Source: Candidatus Latescibacterota bacterium
Lineage (GTDB): Bacteria > Latescibacterota > UBA2968 > UBA8231
Direction: 5' to 3'
DNA: 64,000 bases
Assembly: GCA_965242865.1 (NCBI GenBank)
Contig: CBDETK010000013.1
Location: 1,184,001-1,248,000 of the forward strand
The position numbers and the translations under genes were made by a program. Shown here in pieces: positions 1 through 9,927 of this stretch. Positions within the stretch are counted from its first letter, which is position 1. Each line of letters begins with the position of its first letter. Below the pieces are notes generated by a model. It searched no databases and had not been told where the DNA came from. It saw nothing but the letters and a program-made list of their open reading frames with translations.

Positions 1-920
1 ACCGTGAAAAGCCCCAACCCGGCGTTTGCCGATGTGGAGGTGCCGCTGGCCTCGACCTTTATGCTTTCGACGAAGAAGGGCAAGGAAGCCTACGTGGAGC
101 CGGTGATTGAGGGGCGTGGGTATCGGTTTGTGGTGAAGGTGGGACAGCCGGAGGATGTGGACGCGGCCAAGGCGGGGACTAGCGCGGGAAAACGGCAGGC
201 GTTCCGTTGCCTGATGTCGGGTGTCCCTATTCCCTATGGCTATATCCGAAATGAGGGCAAGGCTAAACGGATGGGCGAGCGGCTTATGGCTATCGTTGCC
301 GAGGGCGACCGGGGACGGGTGTATCTGGCACCACTGCCGGAGCACGAGGAGATTGCCCGTCAAGCGAAGCCGACGTGGAAGCCGGATTGTGAGCTGCCAA
401 AGAAGCACCGCAACTTTCAGGGGCCTGTTTATGGATTGAACAATTTGGGCGACCTCTTCACGCCCCGCCAACTCGTCGCCCTGACCACCTTCTCCGACTT
501 AGTAGCGGAAGCAATGGAGCGCGTCAAGCGGGATGCTGCCAACGCCAGTTTGCCGAATGACGACCGGCCCCTGCGCGACGGGGGCACCGGCGCGACAGCG
601 TATGCCGAGGCGGTGGGAGTGTATTTGGGATTGTGTGTAAGCAGGCAAGCCAATCGGTCGTCCAACCTAAATTTCTGGGATCCGGTCGGAGCAAACATTC
701 AGCAGGTATTTGCTAGACAAGCCCTGCCAATGATCTGGGATTTCATTGAATCCAATCCATTTTCTAACTCCAGTGGAAATTTCACAGGCCAAGTTGGTTA
801 TCTCAGCAAAGTAGTCTCCTCATCACCCAGTTACGCCAACGTAGCTACGGCGTCTCAAAAGGATGCCGCCACTCAATCAACCAGTACAGACAAAGTCATT
901 TCCACCGATCCCCCCTACTA
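1..920 (+). pseudogene. DUF1156-family adenine DNA methyltransferase, upstream part (runs off window start; interrupted by IS)
   Basis: Contains LFTPRQLVALTTFSDLV and QALPMIWDF..E.NPF and ends ISTDPPY at the IS left end; coding resumes as [17 protein letters not shown] at 1809. Confidence 0.9.
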
Positions 921-1808
921 ACTAATGGTGCTAGTGTTTTACAATCCGAACTCGGCGATAGACAACGGGACGAATCCGTTTTCATCGGGTTGGAATCCAT
1001 GCCACTGCACCCGCAGATTGAAGGCGGCCATGGCAAAGCTCAGATGGGCGGTGAAATACGCCCACGCTCGATGGGTCTGCTGCTTAAAGCGGCGGGTTCG
1101 GGTGAGCATGGAAAAGATCGTCTCAATGAGCATCCGCTCGTTCCAAGTGTTCCGGGGACACACTTTCAGATTGGCCGGATCGCCCGCTTGGGCATGAAAG
1201 CCCTGGTCGCTGAGGACGATCATCTGCTGTTGGAAGCGTCGGATCATCGGATGAAAGACCGAATCGTGGACTTATGCCGTGTTCCAATCCCAATCGACGA
1301 TCCGCCCCCACTGATTGACGATCATACACAGCTTGCCGCCGACGATCCAACGGTGGTTGGAGAGCCCTTTCTTCCCAATGGCGTGCTGCGCCCGGCCTTG
1401 ACGCACCGGATGGCGCAACTCAATGCCATAGCTGTCGACCACTCCCAAGGTCGTCAGCTCGGCGCGGAAGCGGTCGGTCCACTCGGCATGAGCGGCGAAG
1501 AGGCGAAACAAGCGGGGGCGCGATGGTAGGCGCGGGAACCAAGCCTGCCAGTCCCGCACCAGCCAGCGGTAAAATGCCCGTTTACCCCCGCCTTTGAGCG
1601 CATACAACACCCCTAAGGTGACCACCTCACTCGGATATAAGGACGCTTGCGGGTGTTTGGGCACATCAAGCATCTGATTGTCAATGCGGTAGAACAGGGC
1701 TATTATAAACTCGGCCGTGGTCATCAGGACGCTCCGGGGCTGAAAGGTCAGAGATACCCTCAGCGTAGGAACTACCATGACCACGGTCAACATACTAGCA
1801 CCATTGGT
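921..1808 (-). mobile_element. IS982-family-like insertion sequence, 888 bp
   Basis: Terminal inverted repeats ACTAATGGTGCTAGT (921-935) and ACTAGCACCATTGGT (1794-1808), 14/15 match and starting 5'-AC; TACTA duplication at 916-920 and 1809-1813; DDE transposase inside. Confidence 0.9.
939..1724 (-). pseudogene. IS982-like DDE transposase with in-frame stop at 1272-1274
   Basis: [15 protein letters not shown]...VVDSYGIEL...WDWNTA*VHDSVFHP...LSDQGFH...WNERMLIETIFS; both ORF pieces share one frame, separated by a single TAA. Confidence 0.88.
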
Positions 1809-2465
1809 TACTACGACAACATCGGCTACGCCGATCTGTCGGATTTCTTCTACGTCTGGCTTCGCCGCGCGGTACGGTCGGTGTTCCCCGATCTTTTTTC
1901 CACCCTCGCCGTACCGAAGGCCGAAGAATTGGTCGCTACTCCACACCGGCATGGTAATAAGAAAAAGGCAGAGGCCTTCTTTCTTGACGGGATGACGGAC
2001 GCCGTGCGCCGCCTTGCCGAGCAAACGCACCCCGGCTTCCCGGTGTCCATCTATTACGCTTTCAAGCAATCGGAGACGAAAGGGGCGACGGGAACGACCA
2101 GCATCGACTGGGAGACCTTCCTCGATTCAGTCATCCGCGCCGGCTTCTCAGTCACCGGCACTTGGCCGATGCGTACCGAACAGGAGTACCCAACTGTCAG
2201 GCTCGGGGCAAACGCCCTCGCCTCTTCCATCGTCCTCGTCTGTCGCCAGCGCCCTGCCACCGCGCCAATAGCCACTCGCGGCGAATTCGTCGCCGCGCTA
2301 AGAGCCGAACTCCCCACCGCCCTCGCCCACCTACAATCCAGCAACATCGCCCAAGCCGCCATCGGCCCCGGCATAGCAGTATTCACCCGCTACGCCAAGG
2401 TGCTCAACGCCGAGGGCAAACCCGTCTCGGTGCGCGAGGCCCTAGCACTCATCAACCAGATACTA
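1809..2465 (+). pseudogene. DUF1156 methyltransferase C-terminal part, truncated and fused in frame to the MNT gene
   Basis: [17 protein letters not shown]...YYAFKQSE...TWPMRTE...[12 protein letters not shown]...REALALINQ, then sequence switches to a nucleotidyltransferase. Confidence 0.85.
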
Positions 2466-2486
2466 TCGGAAACCTTCATATCAATC

Positions 2487-2786
2487 ATGGTGGACCGCAT
2501 CGCGAGAGCCTTCCAGCCTGCGCGGGTCGTCCTCTTTGGGTCTCACGCACGGGGCACGGCAACCGAATGGAGCGACATTGACTTGCTCGTAATTCTGCCC
2601 AAGGTGTCCGACAAACGGAACGCGGCAATCGAAATCCGCCGGGCCTTGGGCGATCTACCAGTTTGCAAGGACATCGTGGTAGCGACGCCCGCGGAAGTCG
2701 CTCGCCGTGGGCACCTTGTGGGAACCACGTTGCGTTCAGCACTCCGCGAAGGGAAGGTTCTTTACGAACGACATGAACGACCCTGA
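2487..2786 (+). CDS. Minimal nucleotidyltransferase (MNT) antitoxin
   Basis: [10 protein letters not shown]...SDIDLLV motif and REGKVLYE end; overlaps the HEPN gene start. Confidence 0.85.
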   Translation: MVDRIARAFQPARVVLFGSHARGTATEWSDIDLLVILPKVSDKRNAAIEIRRALGDLPVCKDIVVATPAEVARRGHLVGTTLRSALREGKVLYERHERP

Positions 2787-3132
2787 ACTCGTCGGCGAAG
2801 CGCGCCGCTGGCTTCGTTTCGCGGCGGAGGATCTCGATGCTGCACAATGCTTGCTGGCGACGGACGGGGCAGCCCCTCGTCACGCCTGTTTCCACGCCCA
2901 ACAAGCGGCCGAAAAGGCACTGAAGGCCGCACTGGTACTTGAGGGAGTCGACTTTCCGCGCCAACACGACCTCGATGACTTGCGTAACCTGCTCCTGGAC
3001 ACTTGGTCGGTGCGACAAACCCACACCGATCTTGCTCAATTGACGGAATGGGCCGTTGAGTCACGGTATCCAGGCGATTGTCAAGAGCCCACAGCTACCG
3101 ATGCCGAACAGGCGGCTTGTATCTCGGAGTGA
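2773..3132 (+). CDS. HEPN domain protein (MNT-HEPN TA partner), possibly C-terminally shortened
   Basis: WLRFAAEDL...[15 protein letters not shown]...HDL...SRYPG. Confidence 0.85.
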   Translation: MNDPELVGEARRWLRFAAEDLDAAQCLLATDGAAPRHACFHAQQAAEKALKAALVLEGVDFPRQHDLDDLRNLLLDTWSVRQTHTDLAQLTEWAVESRYPGDCQEPTATDAEQAACISE

Positions 3133-3164
3133 AGGACCACCATTCTATCAGAAGGAGGCAACCT

Positions 3165-3862
3165 GTGGTAGAAGTACAGAACTTGTGGAAGCGATACCCC
3201 GGCTCGACAGCTTTGGGCGGCATCTCCCTAACCGTCGAAAGGGGCCGGGTGCTGGGCGTTCTCGGGGAAAACGGCAGCGGCAAGAGCACGCTCTTCAAAA
3301 TCCTCGCCGGCGTCACCCGCGCCAGCGAGGGCAGCGTGCGGGTCGCGGGCCAGCCGGTCGGCGTCCAAACGCGCCGCATCACTTCGTACCTGCCCGAGGT
3401 CAGTCCGTTCTACGACTGGATGCACGTCACCGAGCAACTCGAATTCCTCGCCGCGTTCTATCCGGGCTGGGACCTAGGCAAATCCCGCGAATTGCTCGGC
3501 CTGATGAACGTCGATAGCCACCGGAAAGTCGGCGCTCTATCCGATGGTCAGCGGGCGCGGCTGAAGGTGGTAACCGCGTTTTCCCGGCCCAGCGAGTTGG
3601 TGCTTTGGTGCTAATGGACGAGCCGCTCGGGCGCATTGACCCGCCGTCGCGGCGGCGCATTCTAGAGACCTTGCTGCGCGAGTTTCGGGGGGGCGCGCAG
3701 ACGATTCTGCTCTCGACTCACCTCGTCAGCGAGGTGGAAACGCTGATCGAAGAAGTGGTATTCCTGCGCCACGGCGAGATTGCGGTGGGCGGCAACGTCG
3801 AAGCGTTGCGGCAAGATCGCGGCGCGTCGCTCAGCGACATGTTTGAGGAGGTGGTCGCGTGA
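3165..3862 (+). pseudogene. ABC transporter ATP-binding protein, frameshifted by an 8-bp duplication
   Basis: Walker A GENGSGKST and signature LSDGQ; Walker B LMDEP and STH are in another frame after TTGGTGCT x2 at 3597-3612; GGAGG RBS before GTG 3165. Confidence 0.88.
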
Positions 3863-4638
3863 ATACTTGGAAAACGCTGTATATAAAGGAAATAAAAGAA
3901 CACCGCGCCCTGTTCATCTTGCTGCCGCTGGTGACGGCCTTTTTGGAAATCGTGGCGGTGCTGTCGTTCAACGACGCGCAGGGCCTTTCGCCTCACTTCC
4001 TGTGGAGCTTTGTTCCCTACGCCTTTTTGCTGGTCTTGCCCTTCCTGCTGGTCCACTCATTCGTCCAAGAAACCAAGGGACAGACCCACTACCTGCTCCT
4101 CTCCCTGCCGGTATCGCGGGCGCAGATTTTCGCGGCCAAAGCCGCGGCCGTAGCCACGCTCGGCCTGGTCTTGGGCGCGCTGAGCACGGCCGGTCTCGTC
4201 GCGGTTGTCGGGCAATTGCACGCGCTCGCAACCCGCGTGACAACGCTGCACCTCACCTCGTTCACCGCGCTGGACGCGCTGGTCATCAGCGGCACCCTCT
4301 ACCTGTCGGCACTGGCGGTGCTGCTGGGCATGGCCGGCGGGGTCGCGGGCCTAAAGCTCGTGGTGCGCCGCTTTGCCGGCCTCGCTTCTACCGCATTCGT
4401 CTTGGGCGTGTTCTACTGCTACTTCAGCGCCCTGCCCGAAGTGCTCGGCACCTCCCAAGTGAGCTGGTTCGACCACCATCCCAACGGCCCGAACGGACCC
4501 AATGGCCCCAACGAGCCAATGGGCCTATCGCCGGATTTCCTCAAGGTCAACGTCGCGTTCCTCGCGTACTCAATCGTCATCGGCCTAGGCGCCATGACAA
4601 TCGGAATGTGGCTGTTTGAAAGGCAGGCCGAAGCCTAG
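3859..4638 (+). CDS. ABC-2 type permease
   Basis: About six hydrophobic segments, LLSLPVSR..I...K motif, GTGA overlap with the ATPase gene. Confidence 0.8.
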   Translation: MNTWKTLYIKEIKEHRALFILLPLVTAFLEIVAVLSFNDAQGLSPHFLWSFVPYAFLLVLPFLLVHSFVQETKGQTHYLLLSLPVSRAQIFAAKAAAVATLGLVLGALSTAGLVAVVGQLHALATRVTTLHLTSFTALDALVISGTLYLSALAVLLGMAGGVAGLKLVVRRFAGLASTAFVLGVFYCYFSALPEVLGTSQVSWFDHHPNGPNGPNGPNEPMGLSPDFLKVNVAFLAYSIVIGLGAMTIGMWLFERQAEA

Positions 4639-4655
4639 CTAGGGTGCGGCAGGGG

Positions 4656-4783
4656 GCGCGGCACAGGGGCCGCGCCCTTCTCGGCCCCGTGCAGCAGGTC
4701 AATAGGTTGGGCGCGGCCCCGTGCAGCAGGTAATAGGTTGGGCGCGGCCCCCCGTGCCGTGGGGCGCGGCCCCTGTGCCGCGC
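4656..4783. repeat. REP/REPIN-like palindrome cluster
   Basis: Perfect 22-bp inverted pair GCGCGGCACAGGGGCCGCGCCC (4656-4677 / 4762-4783) enclosing two ~32-bp tandem repeats; lies between convergent genes. Confidence 0.75.
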
Positions 4784-4796
4784 ATACGACGGTAGG

Positions 4797-5960
4797 TCAA
4801 TAGATATCGGCGAGCAACGGCTGGCCCGGCACCAGCCCCTGCAAAAATTCGTCGCAGGGCAGGCAGCGTATTTCCTTTATCTCGACCCGCTCGTCTCCTC
4901 GGTACAGCAAGCACACCTCGGCTTCGGGATAATCTTGCTTAAAAGCGCGCAGGCTGTTGAGGTCGCTCGGGCGGATGGTGCGGGTGTTTTTGACCTCCAA
5001 GGCCCAGAAACCCGCCGGGCCGTAGAGGACAAAATCGACTTCGCTTCCCGACTTGGTGCGCCAAAAATACAGCGTACAAGGCTCGCCGCCGTAGGCATTC
5101 CAAGCCCGCAGATGCTGCGCCACCAGCCCCTCTAGGGCGCAGCCTTGGATTTCTTCGGGGCGATCGAGCGGTCCGGCCGGGCGCAACGAGCGGAAGACGC
5201 CGGCGTCGAAGAAGTAAAATTTAGGATGGACGGTTAGCTTTCTTTTGGCCCGCTTTGCAAACACCGGCACCCGAAAACACAACAGCAAATCCTCTAAAAT
5301 GCCGATGTACGCCTCCGCGGTTTTCCGCTCGATCTGGCACTCCCTCGCGACCGCGGCAATACTCAGGACCGCTCCATTTGAAAAGCTGATGGCTTCCAAA
5401 AAGCGCGAGAAATTGCCGACGTTGCGGACCAAGCCCTCCCACTGGACTTCTTCTCGCAGGTACAGCGCGGCATACGCTCCGAGCACCTCGGCCGGTGCTG
5501 CCGAGTCCACGACCAAGGGGACGAGACCAAAGCGCAGGGCGCGCTCTAGATCAAAAGCAGCCCCTAGTTCAGCCGCCATAAAGGGGTGCATGGTCTTGAG
5601 CACGGCTCGGCCGGCCAGCAGGTCAATCCCGGTGCGCTTGAGCTTTCGCGCACTAGATCCCGTCAGGACGAACCTAAGCGGTCTGGGCTGCTCAATGAGT
5701 TGATGCACCACGTCCAACAGCTCGGGGAGCTTTTGCACCTCGTCGATGATGACGGTGTCTTTGGCGGGATGGCCCGCGATGAGCTCGCGCAGGCGTTCGG
5801 GCCGGGCCGCATAGAGCCGATAGGTCTCGGGAGCGAGCAGGTCCACGAGCAAGGCGTCTGGCAAATGGGCGTGCAGCCAAGTTGACTTGCCGGTGCCACG
5901 AGGGCCGAACAGAAAAAAGCTGGTCTCGGCCGCGTGGAAAAATCGCCTCTTTGGTTCCAT
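4797..5960 (-). CDS. AAA_14 ATPase with DUF4143 domain
   Basis: GPRGTGKST, IIDEVQ, LTGSS, LAGRA, PKFYFFDAG, EVDF...EVK. Confidence 0.9.
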   Translation of the reverse strand: MEPKRRFFHAAETSFFLFGPRGTGKSTWLHAHLPDALLVDLLAPETYRLYAARPERLRELIAGHPAKDTVIIDEVQKLPELLDVVHQLIEQPRPLRFVLTGSSARKLKRTGIDLLAGRAVLKTMHPFMAAELGAAFDLERALRFGLVPLVVDSAAPAEVLGAYAALYLREEVQWEGLVRNVGNFSRFLEAISFSNGAVLSIAAVARECQIERKTAEAYIGILEDLLLCFRVPVFAKRAKRKLTVHPKFYFFDAGVFRSLRPAGPLDRPEEIQGCALEGLVAQHLRAWNAYGGEPCTLYFWRTKSGSEVDFVLYGPAGFWALEVKNTRTIRPSDLNSLRAFKQDYPEAEVCLLYRGDERVEIKEIRCLPCDEFLQGLVPGQPLLADIY

Positions 5961-6151
5961 TTTTGCTTCTTTTTTGGAAGTATGAGTTCCAAAATATACT
6001 GTATGCGGGCGCGGGGCAAATCCTCCGGCCCTATCGGGCGGACGTCTAAGTCTTTATTGTACTGGGGTTGCGGCATGGTCGTTCTCCTCTTCGGGGCATT
6101 GTCCGGCCATCCGGCTTATCGCTATTATATCCAACCGCTTGGAGCGTCAAG

Positions 6152-7030
6152 ATGAGCAAACCCCCCTTAAAAATCACGCCCGCACAACAGCGGCAGTTCG
6201 ACGAAGACGGCTTCTTCCTCGTCGAAGACGCCCTGCCGCCCGACCGCATCGCCGCCCTGTTGCAGCGGCTCGACGCGCTGTACGACCGCTACCGCCGGGA
6301 GCGCGCGCTCGGGCCGCGCCAAGCCTTTCAGATGCGCAATATCGCGGCCGATCCCCTGTTTAAGGAATTGATCGACTATCCGCCCATTTTGCCGCTAATT
6401 GTGGACCTAATGGGCTACAATATCCAGCTCCGCACCTCGCACCTCGACGTGCGCCCGCCGCAAGACCCAGCCGACGGGACGCACGAGTTGGGCGCCCCGG
6501 ATAGCTTTTTCCCGTGGCACGCCGACGGCCCTGACTATGGCTGGCCGGCCGTCGATGGGGTGCTGCCGTTTATGGAGATGAAGGTCGGCTATTATTTGAC
6601 CGACCTGACCCGCCCTTTGAGCGGCGCGATTTGCGTCGTGCGCGGCAGCCATCGCCAATCGCCTTGGATTGACGTGCAGGGGAGGCGTCGCATCGACCCG
6701 GAGCGCATGGTCGAAGTCAACGTCGCCCCCGGCACCGCCCTCTTGTGGCGCACGGCCCTGTACCACTGCTTGACCCCCAATCTGTCCGACCAACCGCGCA
6801 AGTGCCTGTACTACGGCTATCAACACCGCTGGATCCGCCCCTCGGATTACGAGCACCAAGCCCCGGCAGTCTTGGCCGGGTGCAGCCCGGTGCGCCGGCA
6901 GCTTTTGGGCGAGTTGGGCACCGGCAGCACGGCCTACGCGGGCGACGACCCGTTGGTGCTGCCCGTGTCGCGCTATTGGCGGCCCAAAGACGAGGATATC
7001 CCGCTCAAGGCTTGGGCGGAGCATTATTAA
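6152..7030 (+). CDS. Phytanoyl-CoA dioxygenase (PhyH) family protein
   Basis: FDEDGFFLVEDAL, WHAD, VVRGSHR, distal His in LYHCLTPN. Confidence 0.88.
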   Translation: MSKPPLKITPAQQRQFDEDGFFLVEDALPPDRIAALLQRLDALYDRYRRERALGPRQAFQMRNIAADPLFKELIDYPPILPLIVDLMGYNIQLRTSHLDVRPPQDPADGTHELGAPDSFFPWHADGPDYGWPAVDGVLPFMEMKVGYYLTDLTRPLSGAICVVRGSHRQSPWIDVQGRRRIDPERMVEVNVAPGTALLWRTALYHCLTPNLSDQPRKCLYYGYQHRWIRPSDYEHQAPAVLAGCSPVRRQLLGELGTGSTAYAGDDPLVLPVSRYWRPKDEDIPLKAWAEHY

Positions 7031-7042
7031 GGAGACCGTCCC

Positions 7043-7843
7043 GTGATCGAACAAAGCCCGACCCGTCGCCGGCTCACCCCGGCCCAAGTGGAGCGCTTCC
7101 GCCTCGACGGCTGTCTGACCATGGAGAATGTGCTGACCTTGGACGAAGTGGCCGTTTTGGCCGACCATGCCGACCGCATCGCCGCCGGCGCGCTAGACCA
7201 CATCCCGGACGCCAGCATCCAGCTCGAACCCGTCTTCCGCCGCGGCGAAAAAGCCGTGACCGACCGCGTGTTGGCCGTGCGCAAGTTGTACAACTTGGCG
7301 GTGTATGACGAGGTGATGTGGGCTTGCGTCACCCACCCCAAAATCGCCGACATGGCCGCCGACTTGCTCGGCACCGACGATCTCAAGCTGTACGGCGACC
7401 AGCTCTTTATGAAGGCTCCGCGCACCGGTTCGGCGCAGGGCTGGCACCAAGATTCGGCCTCTTGGCGCGACATTTTCCCCATGGACTTAGTCACCGCTTG
7501 GATCGCCCTCGACGAGGCCACCCTCGACAACGGCTGCCTCAACTTTGCGCTAGGCACTCACCGCTGGGGCATGGTGCGGGGCGAGCGTTTGGCTCCTTTT
7601 GTCGCTGATCTGGCAAGCGGCGAGTGGCCCATCCGGCCCGCTCCCCTCCGCCCCGGCAGCATCAGTTTCCACCACAGCCTGACGCTGCACCAGAGCAACG
7701 CCAACCGCACCGCCACGCGCCGCCGAGGCTATGCCATACACTACATGCGCGCGGCTTCTTGGCGCGACGAAGCGGTTACAGACGCGCCCAAGATGCCGTC
7801 CTTTAAGCAGGTGCGAGGGCGGTCGTTTGCCGGCAGGGTTTGA
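7043..7843 (+). CDS. Phytanoyl-CoA dioxygenase (PhyH) family protein
   Basis: WHQD, TAWIALD...NGCL..GTH, HHSLTLHQSNAN; AAGGAG RBS. Confidence 0.9.
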   Translation: MIEQSPTRRRLTPAQVERFRLDGCLTMENVLTLDEVAVLADHADRIAAGALDHIPDASIQLEPVFRRGEKAVTDRVLAVRKLYNLAVYDEVMWACVTHPKIADMAADLLGTDDLKLYGDQLFMKAPRTGSAQGWHQDSASWRDIFPMDLVTAWIALDEATLDNGCLNFALGTHRWGMVRGERLAPFVADLASGEWPIRPAPLRPGSISFHHSLTLHQSNANRTATRRRGYAIHYMRAASWRDEAVTDAPKMPSFKQVRGRSFAGRV

Positions 7844-7879
7844 GACGGGCGAAGTGTGATAAAAAGAACAACGACGTAA

Positions 7880-9892
7880 ATGATCGTTTTTACTGATTTT
7901 ATAAGGGGGAGGATTTGGCGCGACCTCTCTACGCTGATCATCGTCCTCCTCGCCGGGCTGGGTGCCGCCCACATCCTCGTCCGCACCGCCACCTACGGCG
8001 CGGCCATCGGCTACGACTCCACAATTTTTCTGTCCACGGCCATAAACCTCCTCGCGGGCGAGGGCTGGCGGGATTTCATGGGCAGACCCCTGATATTATG
8101 GCCGCCCTTGTTCCCCCTGCTGCTGGCGGCCTTAGGTTGGGTTGGCATTGAGCCGCTGGCGGCGGGTCGGTGGATTAACGCCACCGCCTTCGGGCTGACC
8201 ATCCTCGCCGCGGGGGGCTGGCTGCGCTCAAATCTCCAGGCGCGGTGGCTCGTGCTGCCCGCCACCGCGATCATCGCGGCTTCTTGGCCCTTGAGTCATT
8301 GGGCAGCCCACTTCAGGACCGAGCCCCTCTTCGTCCTGTTCACGCTCCTCGCCTTGGTTCAATTGGGGTCTTTCCTGCATCGCGGCGGGCGGACGCCGCT
8401 GCTGTGGGGCGCGGTTTGCACCGCACTGGCCGCGCTGACCCGCTATCCGGGCGTGGTCCTGATCGGCGTCGGCGTCCTCCTGCTGCTAGTGCGGCGCGCC
8501 CCATCGCTGGCCACCCGGTTGAAAGACGTCGGCGTATTTGGGGCCATCGCATCCTTGCCCCTCGCGGTAGTGCTGACGCGCAACTGGGCGGTCTCCGAGA
8601 CCCTGACCGGGTCGAGAAAAGGGACGGGGCAGTCCCTAGCCGATGGGCTGAGCCAAATCGTCGATGGGTTCCGCGAGTGGGTCATCCCCTCGCATGATCT
8701 AGACGGATTTGGTTATCTCCTGTGGATGGCGGCCGGGCTAGTTGTGGCAATGGAGGTGGGAGTCGTTGTGGCGGGTCGTGGCAGGGGCGGGACGGACGGA
8801 GGGGGCAAGGCTCGGCCGGCGTTGCCGCTCTTTGGGTTGGAGCCGGCCCTTCCATTCGGGGGATTCGCCCTCGCTTACCTCGTATTCTTCGTCGCTGTCG
8901 TGCCCTTGATAATTCCTCATGGCATCATCAGCCGCTTCCTGTTGCCGGTGTACGTGCCGCTGCTGTTGGCGGCGGTGTTGCTGCTGGATCGGTTCCTAGC
9001 CGTTGAGGCGGCGGGTCGGAGGGCCGTGGCCAAGTGGGGGCTGGCGTCCCTCGTCTTGCTGGGGGGCCTTGCCCACACCAGCCTCTCGATGTACAGCAAC
9101 CTCCATCTTACCGCCCGAGCCTTAGAATTCGGGTTCGGGAGGTTCAATGTCTCCGACTGGGAATCTTCCGAGACCCTGAATTACATCCGGTCCCTCCGGG
9201 ACCACCGCATGGAGGGCAGGATTTACTCCAACGACGGCGAGGCGGCCATAATGTCATTGGTCTGCCCCGGACTTGCTTGGTTTGCGGATAGGACCGCTGT
9301 CCCAGGAAAGTACCTACCTATCCCCCGCAGCAGGCGGTGGACCGAGATCGAGGCTGGGGCGCATATCATTTGGTTTGATAGGTTCTACGATCGAGCTTCT
9401 TTCACCCACGACGACACGGACTTCCGCGTCCTGTCCGGCGTGGAAATCGTGGCCGAACTGGCCGATGGCACGGTCTTCCGCCGCACGGCAGCCGAACCGT
9501 TCGATGCGGACCGGCATCGCGCCCGGCGACAACGCTACGCGAACCAACTCATCCACCAGGCCGACGCGCAGGTGCGCCGCGCTGGCTGGCGCGTGTACCG
9601 CACGGGACGCCGGCTAATTTACCGCAAAAAGCCGTGCGCCCCCGCCGATGTGCAGGCCAAGTTCGTGCTGCACGTCGTCCCCGTCGACTGGGCCGACCTG
9701 CCCGCCAAGCGCAAACAGCACGGCTTTGACAACCTCGACTTCTATTTCGACCAGCGCGGCGAGCGCGTTGACGACCAGTGCATGGTGATCGTCCGCGTCC
9801 CTGCCTACGCCATCAACCGCATCCGTATCGGCCAGTGGATTGCCGCTGAGAATCGCACCCTCTGGGAAACGGAGTTTGCGCCGGGCCGGTGA
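7880..9892 (+). CDS. Polytopic membrane protein, GT-C (ArnT/PMT-like) glycosyltransferase with C-terminal soluble domain
   Basis: YDST early loop, WPPLFPLLLA, TEPLF, LTRYPG motifs; more than ten TM segments. Confidence 0.7.
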   Translation: MIVFTDFIRGRIWRDLSTLIIVLLAGLGAAHILVRTATYGAAIGYDSTIFLSTAINLLAGEGWRDFMGRPLILWPPLFPLLLAALGWVGIEPLAAGRWINATAFGLTILAAGGWLRSNLQARWLVLPATAIIAASWPLSHWAAHFRTEPLFVLFTLLALVQLGSFLHRGGRTPLLWGAVCTALAALTRYPGVVLIGVGVLLLLVRRAPSLATRLKDVGVFGAIASLPLAVVLTRNWAVSETLTGSRKGTGQSLADGLSQIVDGFREWVIPSHDLDGFGYLLWMAAGLVVAMEVGVVVAGRGRGGTDGGGKARPALPLFGLEPALPFGGFALAYLVFFVAVVPLIIPHGIISRFLLPVYVPLLLAAVLLLDRFLAVEAAGRRAVAKWGLASLVLLGGLAHTSLSMYSNLHLTARALEFGFGRFNVSDWESSETLNYIRSLRDHRMEGRIYSNDGEAAIMSLVCPGLAWFADRTAVPGKYLPIPRSRRWTEIEAGAHIIWFDRFYDRASFTHDDTDFRVLSGVEIVAELADGTVFRRTAAEPFDADRHRARRQRYANQLIHQADAQVRRAGWRVYRTGRRLIYRKKPCAPADVQAKFVLHVVPVDWADLPAKRKQHGFDNLDFYFDQRGERVDDQCMVIVRVPAYAINRIRIGQWIAAENRTLWETEFAPGR

Positions 9893-9927
9893 GAACTCGA
9901 AAAGTGGGGTTTCTTTCAGACCGCGCC

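Noticed and set aside
1272-1274. Programmed read-through or frameshift in the transposase
   Set aside because: A single in-frame TAA with no slippery site; a nonsense mutation is simpler.
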